64,000 nt of DNA. It comes from Candidatus Brennerbacteria bacterium. GTDB lineage: Bacteria; Patescibacteriota; Minisyncoccia; UBA6257; GWB1-50-10. A program made the position numbers and the translations under genes. Where the stretch lies: positions 12,557 through 76,556 of the forward strand of contig JAZDNP010000015.1 in the NCBI GenBank assembly GCA_043799565.1, written 5' to 3'. This document shows, one piece after another, positions 35,758-45,448 of the stretch; position 1 is the stretch's first letter, and each line of letters begins with the position of its first letter. Under the pieces are notes generated by a model that made no database searches, had not been told where the DNA came from, and worked only from the letters and a program-made list of their open reading frames with translations.

Positions 35758-37090
35758 CCTCAAACGAAAGCGCCACAAGCGTTCCGTCTTCTCTAACGAG
35801 ATATGCGGTGAAGCCGGTAAGTGCGAATGAACGGACATTTTCCGCGAGCACCGTGTGGTTCCGCTCGCCATAAAGCCCGACCTCCGCGGCAACAAGTTTT
35901 CCGCCGGAGACGAAGAAGAGATAGCGCGAGAGCGATGAGTTCCATTGGACTCCGCGCGGCACGGCGGACCCTTCCCATATGTGGAGCGTGGCGCCCTTAA
36001 GGGCGAGCGCGTCTCCTTCGTAGCGGTCGAGGAAATATACCGAGACGGTGTTGTCGCTCACGTAGGAAAGGCGGTTGCCGCTCTGGCTTAGTGCGAATTC
36101 CGATACATTTTCCGCTACTTTGACGTGCTCACCGCTCGCGCGGTAGTAAGCAAAGAGTGCATGGTCCTCTGTAAGCGCGGTAAGGATTCCGCCGTCCGCG
36201 GTGGTGGTGAGGCGGGATACGGTGCTTGAGGTGAAAGGAGCGGTATCCGCCGTCTTGAATATGAGGTCTACCGCGGTCAGATTTCCGTCCGAGCCGAGGA
36301 GGAGAACCTCCGAGTCGTTGAATGCCGTAGCGGCGATATCAGGGAGGGTAACGAGGCGTTCCAGTGAAATGCGGCGCGTATCAAGGGAATAGAGGGAGGT
36401 TTCCGTGACAATTATGAATTTCCCTGCGCTGAAAGGGTGTGGACGCACTTCTACGAGAGGGACGATGCCGGGAAGTCCGAGTTCACGTTCTTTGAGCGAG
36501 TGGAAGAGGGAAGTGAGGTTGATGGTGGAATCCGAGGGCCCGTTTCCTACGAGATATATGGTGTTTCCGGTACGGGTGATAAGCGTTGCGGAGTCGTCGG
36601 ATGCATACATAATCTCCTCGCCGGGTATTCGGACCCCATCAATAAAGAGCGTGCCGCTTTCGGTTCGTATCGCCGGGATGCCTACAGAGAGAGAGAAGGA
36701 ATTCGTATTCGATGCGACGAGCGTTGAGGTCGCTTGTTTTGGCCAGAGGAATACGTCGGTGGCGCGCGTCACAAGGCCGGCACTCACGGGAAGTTCTGCG
36801 CGCCACGTAACCCTACCTTCGTGTTCCGCGCGGACCTCGTACGTTTTTGGGGTAAGGGTTTTTATGAGCGTGCCGCCCGAGAGAAAGCGTGGGCTTTCTT
36901 CCACCAACGCTCCTCCGAGGAATAGGTCAGCGTCGCGGGGAATAGGTGCCACAAAGAGCGACCCTGTGCGCATAATGGTGCCGCCGGTCGCTACGGTGAG
37001 GCCAAGAGCGGAGAGTACCGCATAGAGGCCTCCCACAATGAAGATGGCGACGAGGGAGTAAAAAACAATGCGGCGGGCGGTGATATGCAT
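35753..37090 (-). CDS. Hypothetical membrane-anchored protein (N-terminal TM segment, large extracytoplasmic domain)
   Basis: 445 aa. A TM helix IVFYSLVAIFIVGGLYAVLSALGL follows a short N-terminus; no recognisable domain. Confidence 0.45.
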   Translation of the reverse strand: MHITARRIVFYSLVAIFIVGGLYAVLSALGLTVATGGTIMRTGSLFVAPIPRDADLFLGGALVEESPRFLSGGTLIKTLTPKTYEVRAEHEGRVTWRAELPVSAGLVTRATDVFLWPKQATSTLVASNTNSFSLSVGIPAIRTESGTLFIDGVRIPGEEIMYASDDSATLITRTGNTIYLVGNGPSDSTINLTSLFHSLKERELGLPGIVPLVEVRPHPFSAGKFIIVTETSLYSLDTRRISLERLVTLPDIAATAFNDSEVLLLGSDGNLTAVDLIFKTADTAPFTSSTVSRLTTTADGGILTALTEDHALFAYYRASGEHVKVAENVSEFALSQSGNRLSYVSDNTVSVYFLDRYEGDALALKGATLHIWEGSAVPRGVQWNSSLSRYLFFVSGGKLVAAEVGLYGERNHTVLAENVRSFALTGFTAYLVREDGTLVALSFEE

Positions 37091-37152
37091 GCACTCACCC
37101 TACCTCCAACATTTGAATTTTGAAAGGGCGGGAGGTAGCATAAGGACACTAT

Positions 37153-38160
37153 ATGTTCATCAGGAAGATCGGCATCGACCTTGGCACCACGAACACGCTT
37201 GTGTTCCTTCCGGACCGAGGCATTGTCATTAACGAACCGACTGTGGTGGCGCTTCGAAAACCGGGCGAGGAAGTTTTAGCGGTGGGTGCCGAAGCGAAAG
37301 AAATGGTGGGGCGCACGCCCGATGATATCGTGACCTACCGTCCGCTCAAAGACGGCGTCATCGCGGAGTATTACATCACGCGGTCCATGTTGAAGTATTT
37401 CATCGCGAAGAGCGTCGGTGCATGGAATCTCATTCGTCCCGAAGTGGTCATCTCGGTACCCGCGGGCATCACCTCCACCGAGTATCGCGCGGTGATGAAC
37501 GCGGCGCGCGAAGCGGGAGCGAAAGAGGTGTACCTCGTAAAAGAACCGCTCCTCGCGTCTCTGGGAGCCGGCATCCCAATCCATTCGGCGGAAGGGAACA
37601 TGATTGTGAACATCGGCGGCGGTACCACGGAAGTGGCGGTCATTTCCTTGGGCGGCATCGTGACGTGGGAGAGTTTGAGGGTCGCGGGAAACCGTTTTGA
37701 CGTCGCCATTATTGATTTTATACGCAAAAAATATGGGCTCGCGATAGGGGAAACGAGCGCCGAAAACATCAAAATAGGCATAGGAACGGCGGTACCGAAC
37801 CGGAATCGGCTTGAAATGAAGGTGCGGGGACGCGACCTTCGTTCTGGGCTCCCAAGGGACCTTGTGGTGAATTCAAACGAGATTGCCGAGGCTGTGAACC
37901 CCCATTTAGTTGATATCACGAACGCCATTCAGGCTGTTTTCAACGTGACGCCTCCCGAGCTCGCGGCGGACATCATGGAAAAGGGCATCATCCTTTCGGG
38001 TGGTTCCGCGCAACTCCGCGACCTTCCAGAGTTCCTGCGCCGCACGCTCGGCGTTTCGGCGTTCGTTGCGGAGGATGCGATACTTTGTGTTGCAAAAGGC
38101 ACCGCCATCATTCTCGGCCATCTTGATGTCTACAAGCGCACGCTTCTCCATCGGAGATAA
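37153..38160 (+). CDS. mreB: Rod shape-determining protein MreB (actin homologue), copy 1
   Basis: [13 protein letters not shown]...INEPTVVA... plus the complete actin-fold motifs. Confidence 0.85.
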   Translation: MFIRKIGIDLGTTNTLVFLPDRGIVINEPTVVALRKPGEEVLAVGAEAKEMVGRTPDDIVTYRPLKDGVIAEYYITRSMLKYFIAKSVGAWNLIRPEVVISVPAGITSTEYRAVMNAAREAGAKEVYLVKEPLLASLGAGIPIHSAEGNMIVNIGGGTTEVAVISLGGIVTWESLRVAGNRFDVAIIDFIRKKYGLAIGETSAENIKIGIGTAVPNRNRLEMKVRGRDLRSGLPRDLVVNSNEIAEAVNPHLVDITNAIQAVFNVTPPELAADIMEKGIILSGGSAQLRDLPEFLRRTLGVSAFVAEDAILCVAKGTAIILGHLDVYKRTLLHRR

Positions 38161-38977
38161 TATATTTCTCGGGCATGAGGAGCAGGCCCGTGATTTTCCC
38201 CGGCTCGTGAATGCCGGACTTCTCGGGCACGCATATCTTTTCTTCGGCGACGAAGGAGTGGGAAAATTTCGCTTTGCGCACGCACTCGCGAACTTCCTTG
38301 AACGTGGTGCATTGAATGTGGAAGAGCACGAGACGCTTACCGATGCGCTCTTTGTGGAGGCGAAGGAAGCCGCCCAGCGGAGTGGGGCGAGCCTCGCCCC
38401 TTCGGGGCGGGAATCCTCGCTCGGCATTGATACGGTGCGCGCGATACGAAAGTTCCTCTCTACGACACCGTTCCATTCTTCGCGCCGCACCGTCGTCATT
38501 CGCGATGCCGAACTTCTTACCTGGGAAGCGGAAAGCGCCCTTTTGAAGATCATGGAGGAGCCGCCGGTGCATGCGCTTATCATTATGATTGCGCGCTCGC
38601 CTGAAGCGCTTTTTCCGCCGCTCGTAAGTCGTATGGCGAAGATATATTTCTCAAGAGTTCCACGCACCATACTTGCCGATTTTCTCGTGACAGAGGCCAG
38701 AGTTCCCGCACGGGAAGCGTCCGCGCTCGCGGCGCGTTCGTTCGGAAGATTGGGGTATGCCCTCGCGCTCATGAAGAATAAGAAGCGGGCAGGAACCAAA
38801 AGCGACGCTACGCTTGCGGAAAAGCTTGAGGAGCTCATTCTCGAGCATTGGGAGAAAGGGGCAAAAAGGGAGGCGGGGACGCTTGCATTCCTCCTCTCGC
38901 GCCTTGAGGCCGCGAGCCGTTTCAATCTCAACGCGCGGCTCCAAGAAAAGGCCGTTGCACATATAATGACCGTTTAA
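38126..38977 (+). CDS. holB: DNA polymerase III delta-prime subunit-like (clamp-loader AAA+)
   Basis: ...LLGHAYLFFGDEGVGKFRFAHALANFL... is delta-prime-like. Start assigned to the ATG at 38126 (in frame with the ORF-track ORF); it overlaps the mreB 3' end by 35 nt, so the start is uncertain. Confidence 0.55.
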   Translation: MSTSARFSIGDNIFLGHEEQARDFPRLVNAGLLGHAYLFFGDEGVGKFRFAHALANFLERGALNVEEHETLTDALFVEAKEAAQRSGASLAPSGRESSLGIDTVRAIRKFLSTTPFHSSRRTVVIRDAELLTWEAESALLKIMEEPPVHALIIMIARSPEALFPPLVSRMAKIYFSRVPRTILADFLVTEARVPAREASALAARSFGRLGYALALMKNKKRAGTKSDATLAEKLEELILEHWEKGAKREAGTLAFLLSRLEAASRFNLNARLQEKAVAHIMTV

Positions 38978-39000
38978 CCGTTACCTGTTACCTTTTACAT

Positions 39001-39549
39001 ATGGAAATATTGAACGAATTCAAATCGATGCTCGCGAAGCTTTTGGAAGAAGTGAAAGCGGGGGTTTCGAGCGTGCGCACCAACCGGCCGCACTCGGGAC
39101 TCGTGGAAGAGATTAAGGTGAATCACTACGGAGGCATATTCCCCATTAAACAGCTTGGTTCGGTGGGGGTGACGCCGCCGCGTGAAATACACATTGAAGC
39201 GTGGGATGCAAGCGCGGTACCCGCTATCGCAAAGGCGATAGAAGCCTCCCCGCTCGGTCTCACCGCGAATGTGGAAGGGAACGTGCTCCGTATATTCCTC
39301 CCGGCGCTTTCCGACGAGCGGCGTAAAGAGCTTACGAAATACGTAGGGACAATCGCAGAGGAGCATCGCATCAAGGTTCGGCATGTGCGCGATGACGCGA
39401 ACAAAAACGTACAGAAAGCGCTTGATGCCGATGAATTGACCGAGGACCAGAAGTTCCGATTGAAAGAAGATATCCAGAAAGCGACGGACGAGTGGAATAA
39501 AAACGTGGAAAAATTGGTTGAAACAAAGATTGCGGAAATCAGCAACTAA
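39001..39549 (+). CDS. frr: Ribosome recycling factor
   Basis: 182 aa with a canonical RRF sequence (...RTNRPHSGLVEEIKVNHYGG...). Confidence 0.9.
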   Translation: MEILNEFKSMLAKLLEEVKAGVSSVRTNRPHSGLVEEIKVNHYGGIFPIKQLGSVGVTPPREIHIEAWDASAVPAIAKAIEASPLGLTANVEGNVLRIFLPALSDERRKELTKYVGTIAEEHRIKVRHVRDDANKNVQKALDADELTEDQKFRLKEDIQKATDEWNKNVEKLVETKIAEISN

Positions 39550-39555
39550 ATATCC

Positions 39556-40617
39556 GTGACCATACTTCTCGTTATCATTGCGCTCGCGCTCCTCATCCTC
39601 ATCCACGAGTTTGGCCACTTTGCGGCCGCGAAGCTTTTTGGCATCCGTGTGGACGAATTTGGGTTCGGATTTCCGCCAAAAGTTTTTTCGCGTGTTCATG
39701 GTGAGACCCGTTACAGTTTTAACCTCCTTCCGTTCGGCGGATTCGTACGTATTTTCGGAGAAGAACTTGCGCCTCCCGTGGGCGATCCGGATGCGGCGCG
39801 TGCCTTCGTATCAAAGTCCCTCCCGGTCCGCGCACTTGTAATGGCGGGGGGAGTGCTTATGAACTTTCTTGCGGGATGGCTCCTGCTCTCCGTGGTTTTT
39901 ATGATCGGTTCCGATTCCCACCTCGGACTTTCCTACGTGGCGCCCGGTTCTCCCGCCGAAGTGGCGGGACTTGTTCCTGGTGACCTCGTGCTTCGTGCGG
40001 AGATCGGCGGTGTCACGCTTTCCGACCCTGTTCCACTGCAGGCATTCGTAGATACGGTAGGGAAGGCGGCCGCAGGAAATATTCCCGTTTCGCTTACGGT
40101 GCTCCGAAGCGGTGATGAACTTTCATTTACGCTTGTGGGACGCGAAGCCCCGCCAGACGGCGAGGGAGCACTTGGCGTTGCACTTTTTGACACCGGCATG
40201 CCACGCACCGGAATTCTCCAAAGTTTTGTAAAAGGCGCTGAGGCAACCCTTTCACTTTTGAAAGCAATTATCGTAGGACTTGCGGAATTCTTCATCGGAC
40301 TTTTTACCGAGGCTGACACCTTCAAATTGGTAACCGGACCGGTGGGAGTAGTAGCGGTTGCGGCGGGGAGCGTGGCGTTCGGAGTCGCGCCTTTCCTGAA
40401 TCTTATGGCACTTATCTCGCTCCACCTCGCGCTTTTGAATTTTCTCCCGCTCCCGGCACTGGACGGAGGACGGCTTTTCTTCCTTGTGCTTGAGGCATTG
40501 AAGGGGAGTCCCGTTTCGCGGAACGTGGAAAAAGTGACGCACGCGGTTGGGTTTGCGCTCCTCCTTCTCCTTATGGTGGTGGTTACCGTGCGTGACGTTG
40601 GGCGGTTGACCCCGTAG
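39556..40617 (+). CDS. rseP: RIP metalloprotease RseP (site-2 protease, M50 family)
   Basis: HEFGHF zinc-binding motif in the first TM helix, a PDZ-like middle region, and a LDGG motif near the C-terminus. GTG start. Confidence 0.8.
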   Translation: MTILLVIIALALLILIHEFGHFAAAKLFGIRVDEFGFGFPPKVFSRVHGETRYSFNLLPFGGFVRIFGEELAPPVGDPDAARAFVSKSLPVRALVMAGGVLMNFLAGWLLLSVVFMIGSDSHLGLSYVAPGSPAEVAGLVPGDLVLRAEIGGVTLSDPVPLQAFVDTVGKAAAGNIPVSLTVLRSGDELSFTLVGREAPPDGEGALGVALFDTGMPRTGILQSFVKGAEATLSLLKAIIVGLAEFFIGLFTEADTFKLVTGPVGVVAVAAGSVAFGVAPFLNLMALISLHLALLNFLPLPALDGGRLFFLVLEALKGSPVSRNVEKVTHAVGFALLLLLMVVVTVRDVGRLTP

Positions 40618-40632
40618 TCGTACAACGTTCAT

Positions 40633-42420
40633 ATGGCTGAAACGCAAACTAGGGATTGTCAAAATTGCCACGGTTCATTCGTCATTGAACCGGACGACTT
40701 CGCGTTCTACGAAAAGATTAAAGTCCCGGCGCCCACCTTTTGTCCGGAGTGCAGACTGCAAAGGCGGATCGTGTGGCGAAACGAGAGGATTCTTTATAAA
40801 AGGCCATGCAACGCTTCTGGGCATGCGGAAAACTTGATCTCTAACTATGACAGCGAGGTACCATCCCCCATCTACGATCAGGACCACTGGTGGTCTGATA
40901 ATTGGGATCCTTCGTCGCATAGTCGTGATTACGATTTTTCAAAGCCATTTTTCGAACAATTCAAAGAATTGCTCACCATATCGCCGTTACCCAATCTTTC
41001 GAATCTTCAGTCGGTGGCAAGCGATTACTGTAATTTCACATATCAATGCAAAAATTGCTATCTGGTTTTTGCAAGCGACCTTAATGAGGACTGTTCGTAC
41101 TTATATCACACTATCAACAGCAAAAATTCTCTTGATCTCCTAGGCTGCAATAATCTGGAGTCCTCCTACGAGAGCATCCATTCCAAAGACTGTTATCACT
41201 GCACCTTCGTGCTTTTTTCAAGCCAGTGTCTGAACTCGTCCTTTCTTTATAACTGCCATAACTGCCAAAATTGTTTTGGATGCGTGAATTTACGAAACGC
41301 CAATTATCAGATATTGAACACGCCGTATTCAAAAGAAGCGTATGAGGAGAAGATAAGAAAACTGAATAGCGGGACGTTCAGCGGCCTAAATAATGTACGG
41401 CAGGAGTTTTTAAAGCTCATACTCGCATTTCCGCATCGTTTTGCGACCATCGTTCATTCAACTAATGTTTCCGGCGAATACATAACTAATTCAAAAAATT
41501 GCCATAATTGCTACGATGTCGATGGAATTGCCGAGGATTCTCGATTCATTACCTACACCATACCGGGCGTGAAAGATTGTTACGATGTTTATGGCGCTGG
41601 CTCGAATATCGAGCGGGCCTACGAAGTGACCAGTTCGGGTGCTTCGCTGCAGAATGCGTTCTTTTCGCCCCTTTCGTGGACGGGAGATTCGATTCAATAC
41701 TCACATTTTTGCAAAGCGTGCTCGAATATTTTTGGCTGCATTGGTCTTCGCGACAAGCAGTATTGCATCTTGAACAAACAATATACCAAGGAAGATTTCG
41801 AGTCGTTTTTGCCTCGTATTATCCAGCACATGAACGACGCGCCTTACATAGATAAAAAAGGCAGAGTGTACAAGTACGGTGAATTTTTCCCGATAGAAAT
41901 TTCTCCTTTCGCCTATAACGAGACCATTGCTCAAGAATACTTTCCGTTGACCAAAGCGCAGGCTATAGAGCAGGGGTATAAATGGAAAGATTCGGATACC
42001 AAGGAATATCAGATAACCATTTTTCCTAAAGACCTTCCGGACAATATTGAGGACGCTCCTGATTCCATTCTCAAAAAAACGATCGGCTGTGCTCACGAGG
42101 GCAAATGCATGGAACAGTGCACTACCGCTTTCAGAATTACGCCGGAAGAACTTTCGTTCTACAAACGGCTTAATTTGCCCCTGCCGAGATTGTGCCCCAA
42201 CTGTCGGCATTACCAAAGATTGGCCCAGAGAAACCCACTGAAGCTCTGGCACAGAAAGTGCCAGTGTGCCGGAAATGGAAGCGAGAACGGTATTTATCGG
42301 AACGTCTCTCCCCATCAGCATGGAACAGGGAAATGTCCGAACGAGTTTAAGACGAGCTATGCCGCTGACCGGAAAGAGATCGTCTACTGTGAGCAGTGCT
42401 ATCAAGCGGAGGTGGTTTGA
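40633..42420 (+). CDS. Cys-rich multi-zinc-ribbon protein, copy 10 of 10 (dispersed copy, CN-x-SGH subtype)
   Basis: 595 aa. MAETQTRDCQNCHGSF...CPECRLQRR...CNASGHAEN. The C-terminal GCAHEGKCMEQC...CPNCRHYQRLAQRNPLKLWHRKCQCAG...YCEQCYQAEVV is closest to copies 7 and 8. Confidence 0.8.
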   Translation: MAETQTRDCQNCHGSFVIEPDDFAFYEKIKVPAPTFCPECRLQRRIVWRNERILYKRPCNASGHAENLISNYDSEVPSPIYDQDHWWSDNWDPSSHSRDYDFSKPFFEQFKELLTISPLPNLSNLQSVASDYCNFTYQCKNCYLVFASDLNEDCSYLYHTINSKNSLDLLGCNNLESSYESIHSKDCYHCTFVLFSSQCLNSSFLYNCHNCQNCFGCVNLRNANYQILNTPYSKEAYEEKIRKLNSGTFSGLNNVRQEFLKLILAFPHRFATIVHSTNVSGEYITNSKNCHNCYDVDGIAEDSRFITYTIPGVKDCYDVYGAGSNIERAYEVTSSGASLQNAFFSPLSWTGDSIQYSHFCKACSNIFGCIGLRDKQYCILNKQYTKEDFESFLPRIIQHMNDAPYIDKKGRVYKYGEFFPIEISPFAYNETIAQEYFPLTKAQAIEQGYKWKDSDTKEYQITIFPKDLPDNIEDAPDSILKKTIGCAHEGKCMEQCTTAFRITPEELSFYKRLNLPLPRLCPNCRHYQRLAQRNPLKLWHRKCQCAGNGSENGIYRNVSPHQHGTGKCPNEFKTSYAADRKEIVYCEQCYQAEVV

Positions 42421-42458
42421 TTGCAAAGAACACACAAACCAACGTATCATTGCGATAT

Positions 42459-43706
42459 ATGAGGCAGTCACAACTTTTCCTTAAAACCGCACGTGAGGCG
42501 CCGAAGGACGAAGCGGCGGTGAACGCAAAGCTTCTCATCAGGGCAAATTTCATCCACAAGCTCATGGCGGGAGTGTACTCCATGCTCCCCTTGGGGTTCC
42601 GTGTCCGTGAGAAGGTCATTGCGATTATTCGTGATGAGATGGACAAGCTTGGCGCCGAGATGCTCATGCCCGCGCTTCACCCGCGCGCGGTGTGGGATGC
42701 GACCGGCCGGTGGGAGGGGATGGCGAAGGTGATGTACCAATTTAAGGACCACGGCGGCCGCGACGTGGGCTTGGGCCCCACGCACGAAGAGGTTATTGCG
42801 GAGATTGCAAAGTCGGTCATCGCTTCGTACCAGGACCTTCCGAAGGCCATCTATCAGATACAGACGAAGTTTCGCGACGAGGAACGCCCCAAGTCGGGCC
42901 TCTTGCGTGGCCGTGAATTCACCATGAAGGACCTCTACAGTTTCCACGCCGATGCCGCGTCATTGGAAGAATATTATGACCGCGTAAAAGACGCATATCA
43001 TGCAGTGTTCAAACGTGCAGGACTTGTGGCACACCTCACCGAGGCTTCCGGAGGCGACTTTTCCAAATACTCGCACGAGTTCATGGTGGAAGCAGATGCG
43101 GGCGAAGATTCCATTCTTCTCTGCCGCCTATGCGGTTTCGCACGGAACACGGAGATAGCGGACGAGAAGAAGAAGGACGCATGCCCTAAGTGTAAGGAGG
43201 GTGTTTTGGAGGCCGTTTCCGCCATTGAGGTGGGGAATATTTTTAAGCTTGGAACGAGGTTTTCGGAGCCCGTAGGACTAGTGTTCAAGGACGAGAAAGG
43301 GGGAACAAATCCCGTCATCATGGCCTCCTACGGCATTGGGGTTGAGCGTTTGATCGGCACCATTGCGGAAATCCACCACGACGACAAAGGGCTTATGTGG
43401 CCCGAAGAAGTGGCGCCGTTCGCTGCACACCTTCTTATGGTGGGAGCCGATACCGACGAACTTCACGCGTTCGCGGACAATATCTATAATGACCTCGCAA
43501 AGAAAGGGATTGAGGTTCTTTACGACGACCGGACCGGAGTTTCCGCGGGAGAAAAATTTGCAGACGCGGACCTCATCGGAATCCCGTGGCGCGTGGTCGC
43601 AAGCGAGCGTACCCAGGCATCCGGGAAAGTGGAGGTGAAGAAAAGAAGTGAATCCGATGCCGCACTCATGAAACTTTCCGAGTTCGTCGCATTGCTCAAA
43701 AAATAA
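42459..43706 (+). CDS. proS: Proline--tRNA ligase
   Basis: MRQSQLFLKTAREAPKDEA...YSMLPLGFRV... class II ProRS motifs. The ATG at 42459 is in frame with the ORF-track start at 42396. Confidence 0.85.
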   Translation: MRQSQLFLKTAREAPKDEAAVNAKLLIRANFIHKLMAGVYSMLPLGFRVREKVIAIIRDEMDKLGAEMLMPALHPRAVWDATGRWEGMAKVMYQFKDHGGRDVGLGPTHEEVIAEIAKSVIASYQDLPKAIYQIQTKFRDEERPKSGLLRGREFTMKDLYSFHADAASLEEYYDRVKDAYHAVFKRAGLVAHLTEASGGDFSKYSHEFMVEADAGEDSILLCRLCGFARNTEIADEKKKDACPKCKEGVLEAVSAIEVGNIFKLGTRFSEPVGLVFKDEKGGTNPVIMASYGIGVERLIGTIAEIHHDDKGLMWPEEVAPFAAHLLMVGADTDELHAFADNIYNDLAKKGIEVLYDDRTGVSAGEKFADADLIGIPWRVVASERTQASGKVEVKKRSESDAALMKLSEFVALLKK

Positions 43707-43710
43707 TCAC

Positions 43711-44742
43711 ATGGCGTTTCACATAAAAAAAATTCTCGGCATTGATCTTGGCACGGACACCACGCAGGTGTATCTGAAAGGGGTGGGGCTTGTAGTGAAC
43801 GAGCCGTCCATCGTGGCGTTCAATAATCGCACGAACCGTGTGGTGGCGGTGGGGAGTGAGGCAAAAAAAATGCTTGCCCGCACTCCTGCACACATTACGG
43901 CGCTCCGTCCCATAACGCACGGCATCATCGCCGATTTTGACATGGCACGAGAGATGTTGGAGCGGTTTCTTAAGCGCGAGAAGCTCCCGTGGTCATGGGC
44001 GACCGAGGCGGTGGTTTCGGTGCCGACCAATCTCACTGAGGTGGAGCGGAAATCGGTGGAAGATCTGCTCCATGAAGTGGGTGCCTCGCCGGTCCACCTT
44101 ATCGAGCAGCCGCTTGCGGCGGCATTTGGCATCCGGCTCGCGGTGGACGAACCGACCGCGTTTCTCATCATCGATATAGGTGCGGGGACGACCGATGCAG
44201 CCATCCTTTCCCTAAACGGCATTGTGGTGTCCCGAAGATTGAAGATAGGGGGGGATTACCTGAATGCGGAGATCATCCGGGGCATGCGCGAAGAGTTCAA
44301 GCTTGCCGTGGGAGAACCGACCGCGGAAGAGATAAAACTCGCAGTAGGTTCCGTGGTTGCCACCGGAGAGCGCCTTGAGGTTGTGGTGCGCGGCCGCGAC
44401 ATCGCGAGCGGACTTCCACGTGAAGTGGCGGTGAAGGATTCCCATGTGCGAATGTGGCTCCTGCGCCCCATGCGCGCGATTGTGGATGCCCTGAAGGACA
44501 TGATAGAAACGGCGCCACCGGAACTCGCGGGCGATATTTATAAGAACGGAATGCACCTTTGTGGCGGTGCGGCGCTCCTGCGCGGCATTGCAGACCTCCT
44601 CTCTAAAGAAATAGGGGTGCGGGTGATGTTGGTGGAAGACCCACTCACGTGCGTGGTACGTGGTGTGGGCGTAGTAGCCGAGGACATCCCCAAACATTCC
44701 CATCTCATAAACAATTTTCCCGGACCGAAGATAAAAGATTAG
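43711..44742 (+). CDS. mreB: Rod shape-determining protein MreB, copy 2 (heads the mreBCD-mrdA block)
   Basis: [14 protein letters not shown]...VNEPSIVA... is an MreB paralog about 45% identical to copy 1 by eye. Confidence 0.75.
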   Translation: MAFHIKKILGIDLGTDTTQVYLKGVGLVVNEPSIVAFNNRTNRVVAVGSEAKKMLARTPAHITALRPITHGIIADFDMAREMLERFLKREKLPWSWATEAVVSVPTNLTEVERKSVEDLLHEVGASPVHLIEQPLAAAFGIRLAVDEPTAFLIIDIGAGTTDAAILSLNGIVVSRRLKIGGDYLNAEIIRGMREEFKLAVGEPTAEEIKLAVGSVVATGERLEVVVRGRDIASGLPREVAVKDSHVRMWLLRPMRAIVDALKDMIETAPPELAGDIYKNGMHLCGGAALLRGIADLLSKEIGVRVMLVEDPLTCVVRGVGVVAEDIPKHSHLINNFPGPKIKD

Positions 44743-44746
44743 GAAT

Positions 44747-45442
44747 ATGCGGTCCTTGAAAACGGTCATCGGGGCGATTGCCGCACTTGTCCTCGGGGTG
44801 CTCATCATTGTGATGCAGGGCAATATGTTTGAGGGCGTGGGCGATGTCCGCGCATTTTTTGCGAGCTTCACCGACCGTACATTCTCATACGGCGAACTTT
44901 CCCGTTTGCGTACCGAGGTTGAGGCGCTCCGCGCCGAGCGTGCCGTACTCATTGAAGCGGGGATCCCCCCTTTTTCCGCGGATCTTCGGAAAGCCCCGGT
45001 CTACTCGCGCTATCCTTATGGTGCCGAAGGGCTTCTTACCATTGCGTTGGGCGCGCATGACGGCATAAAGGAAGGATTTCCTGTATTTGCGACTCCCGGT
45101 ACGCTCTTGGGGCGCGTGACGCGCGTGGAGCAGACAAGGAGCGAGGTAATGACCATATTCAATCCCGCGTGGCGCTCCAGCGTGCGTTTCGGCACGAGCG
45201 ATGTGAAAGCGCTCCTTGAGGGTGGTGAGTCGCCACGTCTTACGCTCATTCCGCGAGGAAAAGAACTCGCCGAACACACAAGAGTGGTGAGTGTGGACCC
45301 CACGTTTCCTTTCGGTCTTTTTATCGGCACGAGCGGCGCGGTCCAAGAAGAAACTGCAGAGCCGTGGCGTACCGCGGCATTTGAAGCGCCCTACCGAGAA
45401 TCGGATCTTGAGGAGGTGTTGGTGCTCGTGAACTTCCCTTAA
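44747..45442 (+). CDS. mreC: Rod shape-determining protein MreC-like
   Basis: N-terminal TM segment, a coiled-coil segment (LSRLRTEVEALRAERAVL), then a beta-rich domain. It sits directly after mreB. Confidence 0.55.
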   Translation: MRSLKTVIGAIAALVLGVLIIVMQGNMFEGVGDVRAFFASFTDRTFSYGELSRLRTEVEALRAERAVLIEAGIPPFSADLRKAPVYSRYPYGAEGLLTIALGAHDGIKEGFPVFATPGTLLGRVTRVEQTRSEVMTIFNPAWRSSVRFGTSDVKALLEGGESPRLTLIPRGKELAEHTRVVSVDPTFPFGLFIGTSGAVQEETAEPWRTAAFEAPYRESDLEEVLVLVNFP

Positions 45443-45448
45443 CGACTC

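Noticed and set aside
37098-37135. 8-bp inverted repeat cctacctcc...ggaggtag between the divergent genes 35753-37090 and mreB
   Set aside because: The repeat is short and has a 24-nt loop. The right arm is also the likely mreB SD region (GGAGGT), so it may have a minor regulatory role but is not a distinct element I can support.
37906-38931. 341-aa minus-strand ORF opposite holB
   Set aside because: An extremely Ser/Arg/Ala-rich low-complexity translation; the plus-strand delta-prime-like frame has AAA+ motifs.
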